From positions 1 through 64,000 of the IMG/VR virus record IMGVR_UViG_3300028797_000009: 64,000 nucleotides of DNA, one strand, 5' to 3'. Of the stretch, positions 17,532-26,280 are shown one piece after another (position 1 is the stretch's first letter; each line of letters starts with the position of its first letter). Origin of the DNA: a virus (lineage: Duplodnaviria > Heunggongvirae > Uroviricota > Caudoviricetes). Under the pieces are notes generated by a model that saw only the letters and a list, made by a program, of their open reading frames with translations, ran no database searches and was not told the origin of the DNA. The position numbers and the translations under genes were made by a program.

Positions 17532-18123
17532 AGATTTTGACCCGAGTAGGATAAAAAAGGTTTCAATTGATGATGTAGAACCCAACGATTATAATCCGAA
17601 GAAGAAGGATACGGCTGAATATAAAAAGATTGTGGAATCATTAAAATTGAATGGTTTGAAGCAACCTATTTTTGTTAGAGAAGTCGAAGAAAATGATAAA
17701 TATGTCATCGTTGATGGCGAGCAACGTTGGACAGCGGCGAAAGAGTTGGGGTATAAAGAAATTTATATCTACGATTTTGGGTATATCTCAGAAGAAGAAG
17801 CAAAGGCATTGACAATCTGGATGGAAGTCCAGGTGCCATTTGATGAGTTAGAATTGGCTACTTTAATTGTTGAGATGAAAGATTTAGATATTGATTTACC
17901 GTATACCAAAAAAGAGATTGATGATTTTGTGGCTATGGCTGATTTTGATTTCACTACGCCTGTTAAGGAGGCGAAACAGGATGATGGTTTAATGGAATTA
18001 AAGATTCGAATGACTAAATCCCAATTTGATTTCGTAAAAGATTGTGTAGATAAAGTGGCTAAAAGTAAAAATTGCGAGCAAGCAGAAGCCCTGATGATTT
18101 TGTGTGGAGGTGTAGATGAATAA
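17521..18123 (+). CDS. ParB-like nuclease-domain protein (DpdB-like?) paralog 1
   Basis: 200 aa. IFVREVEENDKYVIVDGEQRWTAAKELGY is the ParB/Srx GxxR-box region. Confidence 0.55.
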   Translation: MRNKDFDPSRIKKVSIDDVEPNDYNPKKKDTAEYKKIVESLKLNGLKQPIFVREVEENDKYVIVDGEQRWTAAKELGYKEIYIYDFGYISEEEAKALTIWMEVQVPFDELELATLIVEMKDLDIDLPYTKKEIDDFVAMADFDFTTPVKEAKQDDGLMELKIRMTKSQFDFVKDCVDKVAKSKNCEQAEALMILCGGVDE

Positions 18124-18733
18124 AGATTTTAACCCAGAGAATATTAAAAAAGTTCCAATCGAGTTGATTCACCCGAATGGATATAACCCAAAAGCAGTTG
18201 AGAGTAAAGAATATTATGATGTTCTTGAAAGCTTGAAACAAAATGGGTTGATGAGTTTTATTTTTGTTCGAGAAGTTGACGGGATAGATGGGTTCGAGAT
18301 TGTAGATGGTGAGCATAGGTATTTAGCCGCAAAAGAATTAGGTTATAGCGAGATGTATATTTATAATCTTGGTAGAATTTCCGAAGAAGAGGCAAAAGCC
18401 CTGACTTTGTGGTTTGAAGTTCAAGTTCCGTTCGATAATGTCGAGTTGGCTCCGATTGTGGTCGAGCTGACGAAATTGGATATTAAATTGCCTTATACAG
18501 AAGAGCAAATCGAAAAATTCTCCGAATTGCAGAAGTTTGATTTTGACGACTATGATGAGGATGAACCCGTAAAAGAAGAGGAAGGATTTAATAATTTTAC
18601 GGTTAGGGTAACGCAAGAACAGTTCAATTTTATTCAAAATAAAATTAAAGAAGTTATGGATTTTGAGGGGGTGAGCGAAGGGCGAGCGTTGGAATTGATT
18701 GTCGCCGATGGATTCGCAGGGTTTGAAGAGTAA
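18116..18733 (+). CDS. ParB-like nuclease-domain protein paralog 2
   Basis: 205 aa, clearly paralogous to the previous gene (IFVREVDGIDGFEIVDGEHRYLAAKELGY; identical domain order; acidic C-terminal tail). Confidence 0.55.
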   Translation: MNKDFNPENIKKVPIELIHPNGYNPKAVESKEYYDVLESLKQNGLMSFIFVREVDGIDGFEIVDGEHRYLAAKELGYSEMYIYNLGRISEEEAKALTLWFEVQVPFDNVELAPIVVELTKLDIKLPYTEEQIEKFSELQKFDFDDYDEDEPVKEEEGFNNFTVRVTQEQFNFIQNKIKEVMDFEGVSEGRALELIVADGFAGFEE

Positions 18734-18743
18734 TTAATCTGTA

Positions 18744-18772
18744 AAAACCACCATTTTAGGTGGTTTTTTGTT
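18744..18772 (+). terminator. rho-independent terminator
   Basis: aaaaaccacc atttta ggtggtttttt. Confidence 0.65.
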
Positions 18773-18782
18773 GGAAAAGTAT

Positions 18783-18810
18783 TGATTTTTTGCGAGTTTT
18801 GATTTATAAT
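18783..18810 (+). promoter_or_regulatory. conserved-family promoter plus leader
   Basis: TTGATTttttgcgagttttgaTTTATAATgAAAATGGGGGAAG...AAAGAAAGGAAAAATATG. Confidence 0.5.
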
Positions 18811-18847
18811 GAAAATGGGGGAAGAAAAATTAAAAGAAAGGAAAAAT

Positions 18848-19189
18848 ATGGACAATATATTAAATGCTTATGCGAGAGTCCCGGCAATAGCAGAAGAAAT
18901 TGGCTACGAGATGAAAACAACTTGGTGGGGAGATTTTACGGTAGCCGAGTTAATAGATGGCGAGAAGGGTATTAAAGATACATTTAATCGTGCCTGGAAG
19001 TATTGGAGAGATGATAAAGTTTATACAACCGAGTTGTCGTTGGTATTGAATTGGAAGTCTTGGTATTGGGCAGAGAAAAACGCAAAATTAAGCCAGTTAT
19101 ATGTTGAATTATGGCATAAAATTGACTCTTATGTTCTAGATAATTGGAAAGGCGAAGATTTGAAGTATTATCTTCGAACAACCGATTAA
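18848..19189 (+). CDS. hypothetical protein
   Basis: In-frame part of ORF 18809..19189. The ATG at 18848 follows the family RBS AAAGAAAGGAAAAAT. Confidence 0.45.
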   Translation: MDNILNAYARVPAIAEEIGYEMKTTWWGDFTVAELIDGEKGIKDTFNRAWKYWRDDKVYTTELSLVLNWKSWYWAEKNAKLSQLYVELWHKIDSYVLDNWKGEDLKYYLRTTD

Positions 19190-19213
19190 AATCTAAAAAA
19201 TCCTCAGAAAAAG

Positions 19214-19243
19214 TCTTGATTTCTGGGGATTTTTCATATATAA
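19214..19243 (+). promoter_or_regulatory. conserved-family promoter plus leader
   Basis: cTTGATTtctggggatTTTTCATATATAATaAAAATGGGGGGAGGAAAGATAATAAAGAAAGGATATAAAATG. Confidence 0.5.
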
Positions 19244-19284
19244 TAAAAATGGGGGGAGGAAAGATAATAAAGAAAGGATATAAA

Positions 19285-19503
19285 ATGAAAACAAAGTTAG
19301 TTTTAGAGATTAATGCGAATGAGGGTTATAGTATTAATCAAGTTAGTGGAAGAATAACGGTTGGTGATTTGAAGCGTTATTTGGAAGATGTAGATGATGA
19401 TGTAGAAATTGTCACAAAAGATTTGAATAATAGTTATGGCGCCGATTGGGGTGTGGTTTGTGATTATTATGAAGAAGATGCTGATAAAGAGGAAGAATAT
19501 TAG
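19285..19503 (+). CDS. hypothetical protein
   Basis: In-frame part of ORF 19144..19503; ATG chosen from the family RBS. Confidence 0.4.
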   Translation: MKTKLVLEINANEGYSINQVSGRITVGDLKRYLEDVDDDVEIVTKDLNNSYGADWGVVCDYYEEDADKEEEY

Positions 19504-19514
19504 AAAGGGTTGTC

Positions 19515-19775
19515 ATGAAACATATTAAAAGTATCTATTTTCATCCAGGTGGGGATAATGAAGAGTATTGGGAGCTTCAAAATAAGGTGATGAAAGAAGG
19601 TAAATCAATTCTTGGGTTCTTTAAGAATGAAAATGGCGATAAAGAAGATTGGTATGCAGGTGGGTGGCACGGTGATTTTCTAGTAGGTATTTATAGGTAT
19701 AAAGGCAAGGTTTATTGTCTTGAAGATGATATGGAATATGGAATCCCTTATTCGATTCAAATTTGGAGCAAGTAA
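19515..19775 (+). CDS. hypothetical protein
   Basis: 86-aa ORF. Confidence 0.4.
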   Translation: MKHIKSIYFHPGGDNEEYWELQNKVMKEGKSILGFFKNENGDKEDWYAGGWHGDFLVGIYRYKGKVYCLEDDMEYGIPYSIQIWSK

Positions 19776-20122
19776 TGATTGATAATGCGTTGCCGATAGA
19801 TTATCCAGAGTTTATTCCTGCTGAATTTGGTGAGGATAAAATTCTGGTAGTAGATGATGGGGATTATGTCGTGGATGAATATGGTCATCTATTAGAAATT
19901 ACGATTGGCAATAAAAGATATGCCGAATCGGATAAATATTATGACCAAGAAGTAAATGTTCATTATTATCGAGCAAAATATCTAGGTAATAAGGATGATT
20001 GTCTAGGATATGCTAATCAAATAAGAAAAGCGACCAAAGAGGAGGTTAAAAAGGTAAAAGAATGGCTTTCGGGGGGTATTAAGTATAAAGTAATGTCTAA
20101 TGGGCAATTATCGTTTATTTAA
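19763..20122 (+). CDS. hypothetical protein
   Basis: 119-aa ORF. Confidence 0.4.
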   Translation: MEQVMIDNALPIDYPEFIPAEFGEDKILVVDDGDYVVDEYGHLLEITIGNKRYAESDKYYDQEVNVHYYRAKYLGNKDDCLGYANQIRKATKEEVKKVKEWLSGGIKYKVMSNGQLSFI

Positions 20123-20131
20123 GGAGGTTAT

Positions 20132-20521
20132 ATGAGGGAAATTACAGCGAGAGAGTATAGAGAGTGTATAAACACTGCTTTGAAAAATAAAGATGGTGTA
20201 GTCTATTTTAAGCTAGGTAAAACTAGTAAAGGCCAGACGATTGCTTTGGTTATCGGTTGGGAAGTTGGCTACGAATGGGGTGAGAGGTATCAGATTAGGG
20301 ATTTTTCCGGAACGGTTTATACGCTTGTGGGTAAAATTGCCGTGAATACTGATGATTTACAATGCGACTATGATTGGGATTGGATGATGCCTTGGAATAA
20401 AGATAACGATATTTATGATACGAATGTAGCAATTGATGATACTGTTACACAGTTAGAGTGGTTCCAAGATGAAGCCGAAATTATAGAGAAAATGCTTAGA
20501 GATGGGGTATTATTTGTCTAA
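20132..20521 (+). CDS. hypothetical protein
   Basis: 129-aa ORF with a ggagg RBS. Confidence 0.45.
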   Translation: MREITAREYRECINTALKNKDGVVYFKLGKTSKGQTIALVIGWEVGYEWGERYQIRDFSGTVYTLVGKIAVNTDDLQCDYDWDWMMPWNKDNDIYDTNVAIDDTVTQLEWFQDEAEIIEKMLRDGVLFV

Positions 20522-20568
20522 AAACCTCAAAAAAGTGCCAATTTTGCCTAAAAAATCCAAAAAACCTA

Positions 20569-20598
20569 TTGATTTTTCTTGACTTTTCATATATAATG
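20569..20598 (+). promoter_or_regulatory. conserved-family promoter plus leader
   Basis: aTTGATTtttcTTGACTTTTCATATATAATGAAAATGGGGGAAGGGGGAAGATAAAGGTAAAAAGAAAGGAAAAATATG. Confidence 0.5.
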
Positions 20599-20643
20599 AA
20601 AATGGGGGAAGGGGGAAGATAAAGGTAAAAAGAAAGGAAAAAT

Positions 20644-20883
20644 ATGGAAAATCGTTTTAAGAAAATAGTTAAAATGATGGAAGAGCAACTTGTTGACGAG
20701 ATTATGGAAAGTGTCGAGTTGCAAGGTTTGGAAAATGAAGAAGAAATCCAAGAATATTTGGATGACGGATTTTATAGTTCATCATTTGCTGAGTTTTGTG
20801 AAGAGAATGGCGGTGATTTGTATTTTTCGGCGGTATGGAAAAATAATAAGCCTTATGTAAGCGTTTCGGCTTGGGGCGAGTAG
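20644..20883 (+). CDS. hypothetical acidic protein
   Basis: 79-aa ORF. Confidence 0.4.
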   Translation: MENRFKKIVKMMEEQLVDEIMESVELQGLENEEEIQEYLDDGFYSSSFAEFCEENGGDLYFSAVWKNNKPYVSVSAWGE

Positions 20884-21005
20884 AAAGGGTAAATTATGGT
20901 AGTTATAGCAAGGAGTGAAATTAAAAGAATGGAAAATCATATCCTAGATGAAGAAACGGGTATGACCGAATTAGATGCTTTTGAAGCAAATCATTGTTAT
21001 GAGGA

Positions 21006-21257
21006 TTGGCAAGTGATAGAAGATATGGAGGCAAAATGAGTATAAGTTTGCGAGAAGTATTTGAAAATGCAGGTTTCGATATAACTAAAAATATCGAAGA
21101 TGCTAAGTGGCTTTTAGGGAAGAAGAGGGAATTTGAAGAGTTAATCGAAGAGGCAGAAGATTTGAGGGATGCGTATGATGAATATATCGATTATACATTG
21201 GAATGGGATTTAACCCCATATTCGTTTGAAGAATGGTTAGAAAGGAGAAAGAAATGA
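21006..21257 (+). CDS. hypothetical protein
   Basis: 83-aa ORF. Confidence 0.4.
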   Translation: MASDRRYGGKMSISLREVFENAGFDITKNIEDAKWLLGKKREFEELIEEAEDLRDAYDEYIDYTLEWDLTPYSFEEWLERRKK

Positions 21258-21499
21258 AAGAATTCAAAAATTGGCACGATATTCAAGATTGGGCAAAGGA
21301 AAATGGTTTCAAAAATATCGTGAAAAGGATGCAGATTAATAATGATTGTTGGATGTCATCTGGCGAATTTGGTAGGAGCCAAGTTCAGATTTGTGATGCT
21401 TTGAGGTTTGCCGATACGGAGGATGAGCGTCTAATGATTGCTGAAAAGATTGAAGAGGATTTGGAATCTGATTTTGTGACAACTGGTAAGTTGGCATAA
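21254..21499 (+). CDS. hypothetical protein
   Basis: In-frame part of ORF 21233..21499; ATG at 21254 follows aaaggagaaagaa and overlaps the upstream stop in an ATGA arrangement. Confidence 0.4.
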   Translation: MKEFKNWHDIQDWAKENGFKNIVKRMQINNDCWMSSGEFGRSQVQICDALRFADTEDERLMIAEKIEEDLESDFVTTGKLA

Positions 21500-21557
21500 A
21501 AAGTATTGAACTTATGCTAGTTAACATTTATAATATTAATTAAAAAGGAGGTAATTA

Positions 21558-22235
21558 ATGGGAACAACTAAACAAGGTGCTTTTGAGATGAAATATCATC
21601 ATATCGATGCACCAACAAAACAAGATGATGAATATGGCCGAGAACATCATAAAAGGATTTTAAGTCTTAATGATTTCCGAACGCCGTTATTAGAATATTT
21701 GAGCGATAAACCGTGGATTATGAAGCGTAAATTGGATGGCGAAAATTTGCGTGTTATGTGGGATGGCGAGCAAGCATTGTGGAATGGTAAAAGCGATAAT
21801 TTCCAATGTAGTTCGGCTTTAACGGATTATATGAATAATACTTTTCTTGAAGAAGTTTTTGAGGAAAAGTTTGGTCGAGATAAGCGAGTTTATATCTTCG
21901 GTGAGCATATGGGTCCGAAGTCGCAGGGGAATGAATTGGGATTAGGAAATAGTGAATGTGTTATTTATGATGTAAAGGTTAATGGCACTTGGTTAAAACC
22001 ATTGGATATTATTAGTGTGGCAGGGTATTTTGGGTGTAAAACTTGCTACGATTTTATGGGTGATATTCCAATGGATTTGAGTAAGACATTATCTGAGTAT
22101 ATTGCCGAGGTGTCCTCGGGGATTTATAAAGATTGGGAGGGGATTGTTTGCGTCCCATTAGTAGAATGCTGTTATCCAACAGGGGAGCGTGTGATTTGTA
22201 AGATTAAAAATAAAGACTATTTGAAAAAGGATTAG
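21558..22235 (+). CDS. Minimal ATP-dependent ligase-family nucleotidyltransferase (RNA/DNA ligase-like)
   Basis: 225 aa. Motif I MKRKLDGENLRV (KxDG), III RVYIFGEHMG, IV WEGIVCVP, V ICKIKNKDY. aaaaggagg RBS. Confidence 0.55.
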   Translation: MGTTKQGAFEMKYHHIDAPTKQDDEYGREHHKRILSLNDFRTPLLEYLSDKPWIMKRKLDGENLRVMWDGEQALWNGKSDNFQCSSALTDYMNNTFLEEVFEEKFGRDKRVYIFGEHMGPKSQGNELGLGNSECVIYDVKVNGTWLKPLDIISVAGYFGCKTCYDFMGDIPMDLSKTLSEYIAEVSSGIYKDWEGIVCVPLVECCYPTGERVICKIKNKDYLKKD

Positions 22236-22237
22236 AT

Positions 22238-22429
22238 ATGGATTTTGATAGGTCTGGTAGAGTTGAAGATAGTCTGAATGATATAAGGATTGCCTTGTTA
22301 ATTATTGCTGGCGAGAAGTGTGGTATATCCGATAGAGATTTTCGACATTGTTCAAGGGCTTGGCTTAGGGAAAAATTGGGTAGGTTTGAAAGTAACGTCT
22401 ATGAAAAAGAGATGTATGAGGACGATTAA
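22238..22429 (+). CDS. hypothetical protein
   Basis: 63-aa ORF. Confidence 0.35.
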   Translation: MDFDRSGRVEDSLNDIRIALLIIAGEKCGISDRDFRHCSRAWLREKLGRFESNVYEKEMYEDD

Positions 22430-22506
22430 AAGAAGGGAGGATAAGGTTTTCAGGATGGCAAGTATATATATGTAGGAAATTTTGAAATTCTAAATTAGGA
22501 GGTAAA

Positions 22507-22968
22507 ATGACGTGGGAAAGAATGGTTACTGTTGATGAAGAGAGGGAAGCTCTGATTAAACAAGGGGAATTAACCAAAATTAAGTATGGCTGGAAGGCAT
22601 TAAAAAAGAAGAAGTTTGATGTCACACAGAAGGTGATAATGGAACTTCTTGATTCATATAACACTAGTCCGATTAAAGCCACGGATTTGTGGGCGATTAA
22701 GTATTATTGCCAGATAGCAAGTCCGAATTCGCCGACAGAACTAGAAGAGTTGGCAAAAGAATATTTGAGGCAGAGAAACGAAACTTATCAGATTAGGAAT
22801 AAGGAAATCGTTTCTCATTTTAATAAGTATCAGTTAGGAATTCTGGATGAATCTTTCGAGGATTGGAAGAGGATTACAGGCCATAATGGTGATAGTGCTC
22901 AAAAGATGTTTTTGGGGTGGCTAAAAGGTAATTTAGCAAGCCTAGAAGAAAGGATGGCAGAGGAATGA
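22507..22968 (+). CDS. hypothetical protein
   Basis: 153-aa ORF with a ggagg RBS. Confidence 0.45.
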   Translation: MTWERMVTVDEEREALIKQGELTKIKYGWKALKKKKFDVTQKVIMELLDSYNTSPIKATDLWAIKYYCQIASPNSPTELEELAKEYLRQRNETYQIRNKEIVSHFNKYQLGILDESFEDWKRITGHNGDSAQKMFLGWLKGNLASLEERMAEE

Positions 22969-23174
22969 AAAAAGAAGATTATACGAACCAATCTGGGTAT
23001 TGCCCGAAGTGCCAAAGTATGAATCTAGAATATCAACCGATAGAATTTTGTGATAGTGCTGGTTATTATCCGTATGAATGTCGGGATTGTGGATTACGAG
23101 GCGAGGAGTGGTATAACCTTTCATTTATTGGGCATAATATTTTTACTGAAAATGGAGATGTAATTGAATTATGA
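22965..23174 (+). CDS. zinc-ribbon protein
   Basis: 69 aa; CPKCQS...CRDCG. Confidence 0.4.
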   Translation: MKKEDYTNQSGYCPKCQSMNLEYQPIEFCDSAGYYPYECRDCGLRGEEWYNLSFIGHNIFTENGDVIEL

Positions 23175-23348
23175 AAACGGTTTTAACACTTTTATTACTA
23201 GTGATTCAAACATTAGGTTTAGGGGGTTTAAGTATTTGGGCGGAGTTTTTGGGGATGAGATGGCTTGCCATTATATTGGTAATTATTTGTGCATTTTCCT
23301 TATCCTCTGTTACTTTTGCTGAGAAGGTGGATAAAAAAAGGAGTTAAA
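23172..23348 (+). CDS. small membrane protein
   Basis: 58 aa (below the track cutoff): MKTVLTLLLLVIQTLGLGGLSIWAEFLGMRWLAIILVIICAFSL, two TM segments. Confidence 0.3.
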
Positions 23349-23438
23349 AAATGACAGCGGAAGAAATTCATAAAAAAATGGTGGAAGAATTTGGCGAAGG
23401 ATATGGTGGGGATTTTGAAATTACCTCGGAGGTGTCTA

Positions 23439-23651
23439 ATGCTTAAACGATTTGCTGATGTCGGGGAGGTATGGGTGTGTCGTTATTGTGGCAAATATGT
23501 TCATGGCGACAGGTATGATTTTGACGACCCTTCCTGTATGTTAAATGCCGTGTTATGTTATGACGATTTGAAATTAGATGAGAATGGTAATTTATTGCCT
23601 GGTGGAGCAACTCCAATCGAGGGAGATGATGAAGCTCTTTGTAAGTCTTAG
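23439..23651 (+). CDS. hypothetical Cys-containing protein
   Basis: In-frame part of ORF 23391..23651; ATG at 23439 follows a ggaggtg RBS. Contains VCRYCGKYVHGD. Confidence 0.35.
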   Translation: MLKRFADVGEVWVCRYCGKYVHGDRYDFDDPSCMLNAVLCYDDLKLDENGNLLPGGATPIEGDDEALCKS

Positions 23652-23770
23652 TTTGACGATTATAGTAGTAATAATAATTTTGGCTTTAATTTCGAGTAAT
23701 TTTGGCGATAATGATGGTTGAAAAATATTAAATTTTCGTTTATAATGGAATAAAGAAAGGAGGATAAAAA

Positions 23771-23929
23771 ATGTTTGGATTAGCAACAGTAATCTTTGTG
23801 GTAGTAGGGATAATATTTGCCTGTCAGAACTTAGATATGCCGATGGCGAAAGCGTTATTGGCAATTGGGATTGTATGGGTAATAATATTATTTATCGAAG
23901 TGGCGAAGAAAACAGGAGAAAAGAAATAA
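23771..23929 (+). CDS. small membrane protein
   Basis: 52 aa: MFGLATVIFVVVGIIFACQNLDMPMAKALLAIGIVWVIILFIEVAKKTGEKK. Promoter ttataatgg and aaggagg RBS upstream. Confidence 0.35.
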   Translation: MFGLATVIFVVVGIIFACQNLDMPMAKALLAIGIVWVIILFIEVAKKTGEKK

Positions 23930-24124
23930 ATGGGTGTTCTATTAAGTTTGGATGGAGAAAAAGACGAAGGATTGATTCAAAAACTTCGGGCTTATGAAAT
24001 AACGAAGGAGCCAGAACTTGCCGTAGAAATCTGTGAGGATTTGTTGGATAAAATGCCAGATGAAGAACGGATTAACGATAGAATGGTATTCCAATCGAGT
24101 ATTTTGAGGGAGGATGAACGATGA
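23930..24124 (+). CDS. hypothetical protein
   Basis: 64-aa ORF. Confidence 0.35.
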   Translation: MGVLLSLDGEKDEGLIQKLRAYEITKEPELAVEICEDLLDKMPDEERINDRMVFQSSILREDER

Positions 24125-24277
24125 CCGAAGAACAAATTAATTTCTTCGTTGATTGGATTGAGGGGTGGAAGAAGAGAAAGAGTATATCGGAAGCATTTGA
24201 TATTGTGGAAACGCTTTATTCGGTATTAACCGAAGAAGAGGGTGAAGAAGAATAAAAGGTTAAAAGAAAGGGTAATT

Positions 24278-25084
24278 ATGCCGAATTGGGTTATAAATAA
24301 AGTAAGATTTGAAAGTGAGAAGGTCTTAAAAGATTGTATTTCTAAAAGGAAATATAAGAATTATGAGAACACGGCTTGCGAGGAAGAATATTTCGATTTT
24401 GAAAAAGTCCTTCCAATGCCAAAGAGTTTAAGTCTTATAAGTGGAACAATTGAACAAGAAGCAGTTTATTATGCCTTGTTTATGATGAATCAGGATGAAT
24501 ACCTAAAAACTGTCGAGATGTTAAAGAAAGCACCTCGATTTTTCTACGGAAATTATTACGAGGAGATTGAATCGTATAATAAGCGCAGGCTAGATATAGA
24601 CAGATTGAAACAATTGGATGAAGATATTAAAAACTTTGTGTCTGCTCCAAAAGATAAAAGAGATTCATTGAAAACTTTTGCGTCATTGAATGATATAGAT
24701 TTTGATGGACTAGGTATTCATAATTTAGAAGAATTAGGAAGAGCTTATATTAAAAATGTCCAAGATTATGGCGAAAGTAATTGGTATGATTGGCATAATA
24801 AAAACTGGGGGACAAAATGGAATGCTTGTGAAACGATTGTTTTGAATGAAAATGAGGTTGAGTTCCAGACAGCGTGGTCAACGCCAGAGCCGATTATAAA
24901 GGCGATTAGTAAGAAATATCATACGAGGGTGGAAGTAGAATATGCTGATGAAGATTTAGGCTCAAATTGTGGTTCGTATGTTTATAATTGTGGCGAATTG
25001 GTGGATGATGCGGATGGCAACTATGAATTTGCTTGCGAAACTTGGGGATATGACCCAGAGGAGATGAAGGAGGAAGATGAATAA
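24278..25084 (+). CDS. hypothetical protein
   Basis: In-frame part of ORF 24242..25084; ATG at 24278 follows AAAGAAAGGGTAATT. Confidence 0.45.
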   Translation: MPNWVINKVRFESEKVLKDCISKRKYKNYENTACEEEYFDFEKVLPMPKSLSLISGTIEQEAVYYALFMMNQDEYLKTVEMLKKAPRFFYGNYYEEIESYNKRRLDIDRLKQLDEDIKNFVSAPKDKRDSLKTFASLNDIDFDGLGIHNLEELGRAYIKNVQDYGESNWYDWHNKNWGTKWNACETIVLNENEVEFQTAWSTPEPIIKAISKKYHTRVEVEYADEDLGSNCGSYVYNCGELVDDADGNYEFACETWGYDPEEMKEEDE

Positions 25085-25274
25085 TTTGTTTGGCGAGCCA
25101 ATGGGGGATTATGGTAAAAGAGCTTATCTTGAAAATGGCGAGATTAAAGAGGATGTTAGATTTTTAAGTGAAAAACTTGATGCTCTTGTGGGATATTTTG
25201 GGTTGAAATTTGTTAAGGATGATTACGGCGAGGTATTTGTTATAAAAAATAAAGACTTGGGAGGTGAAGAATGA
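25077..25274 (+). CDS. hypothetical protein
   Basis: 65-aa ORF. Confidence 0.35.
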   Translation: MNNLFGEPMGDYGKRAYLENGEIKEDVRFLSEKLDALVGYFGLKFVKDDYGEVFVIKNKDLGGEE

Positions 25275-25483
25275 GTTATGTAGCAGAAGTCGAAGATATT
25301 AGTAAGGCATATGAAGAGTATCGGCAAGCGTCAGAACAATTAAGTAATGTCTTATATAGTGCGAAGGATAATGCTCAACTTTCTATTGACCAAGTGTTAA
25401 CTTGTATGCAACTAAGTGCTCAATTAACGGCTGATAAGTATAAGATTGAGCGAGATATAAAAGAATTGTTAGGAGGAGAATAA
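25271..25483 (+). CDS. hypothetical protein
   Basis: 70-aa ORF; C-terminus ...KELLGGE*. Confidence 0.35.
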   Translation: MSYVAEVEDISKAYEEYRQASEQLSNVLYSAKDNAQLSIDQVLTCMQLSAQLTADKYKIERDIKELLGGE

Positions 25484-25625
25484 TGGCACTTCTATTCTTA
25501 ATTGGGATGGGCTTTATAGGGTTGGCGTTTGTTTGTGTGTTTTGTTGGCTATTTGTAGTGGTTTTGAATGTAATCTTGCTGGGGATTGAAAAATTACTTA
25601 CTTGGATTTTTGGGAGGAAAAAGTA

Positions 25626-25841
25626 ATGGCTTATAAAATTGAGATTTGGAGATACCACGAAGTTGTAGATGAGTACGAGGATGAATCTGTTGAGAATGTT
25701 TTGAAGTGGTATAGGAATCATTGGAAAAGAACATACGATTTTGGTGATTGTTTCTTTGATTTGCTTGAAAATGGTAAAGAGGTGGATTGGGATACACAAT
25801 ATGAGCTTGGGTTTTTTAGAGATGAAGGGGAGGAGTGGTGA
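25626..25841 (+). CDS. hypothetical protein
   Basis: In-frame part of ORF 25602..25841 (MAYKIEIW...). Confidence 0.35.
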   Translation: MAYKIEIWRYHEVVDEYEDESVENVLKWYRNHWKRTYDFGDCFFDLLENGKEVDWDTQYELGFFRDEGEEW

Positions 25842-26080
25842 TGGCTACTTTGGCTATAAATTATAACCCTTGTGTTTGTATTACTCAAAGCCATAAAGAA
25901 GTAAAATTAAAACAGCATAAGTGCCCGAATTGTGGGGCGAGTATAGATATAAGAAAATTTGTGCCAGATGGGTATGAAGTAGATAGATATGGTAATAAAA
26001 GTGCTGTGTTTTATGAGCGGAATTGCGTGAAATGTGATTTCTGTCGTTCTAAATTTGAACTTTGTGAGGAGGAAAAATGA
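25835..26080 (+). CDS. zinc-finger protein
   Basis: 81 aa; CPNCGAS...CVKCDFC. Confidence 0.4.
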   Translation: MVMATLAINYNPCVCITQSHKEVKLKQHKCPNCGASIDIRKFVPDGYEVDRYGNKSAVFYERNCVKCDFCRSKFELCEEEK

Positions 26081-26280
26081 GAAATAAAGATTTTTATAGT
26101 AGACTGCCTGGTATGGTATGTGTCCTATTGGACGATATTATTGAAAAATATGGTGATAGAGAAGGGTTTGATGAAGCGTGGGAGAATTACCGTTCACATA
26201 TTCTATCTTCAAGTATGGATGATATGAGGATGCCGCAAGCCTTTTTCAAAGATGTTATGGCTAATAAGGAGGAAGAATGA
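26077..26280 (+). CDS. hypothetical protein
   Basis: 67 aa; ends ...NKEEE*. Confidence 0.35.
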   Translation: MRNKDFYSRLPGMVCVLLDDIIEKYGDREGFDEAWENYRSHILSSSMDDMRMPQAFFKDVMANKEEE

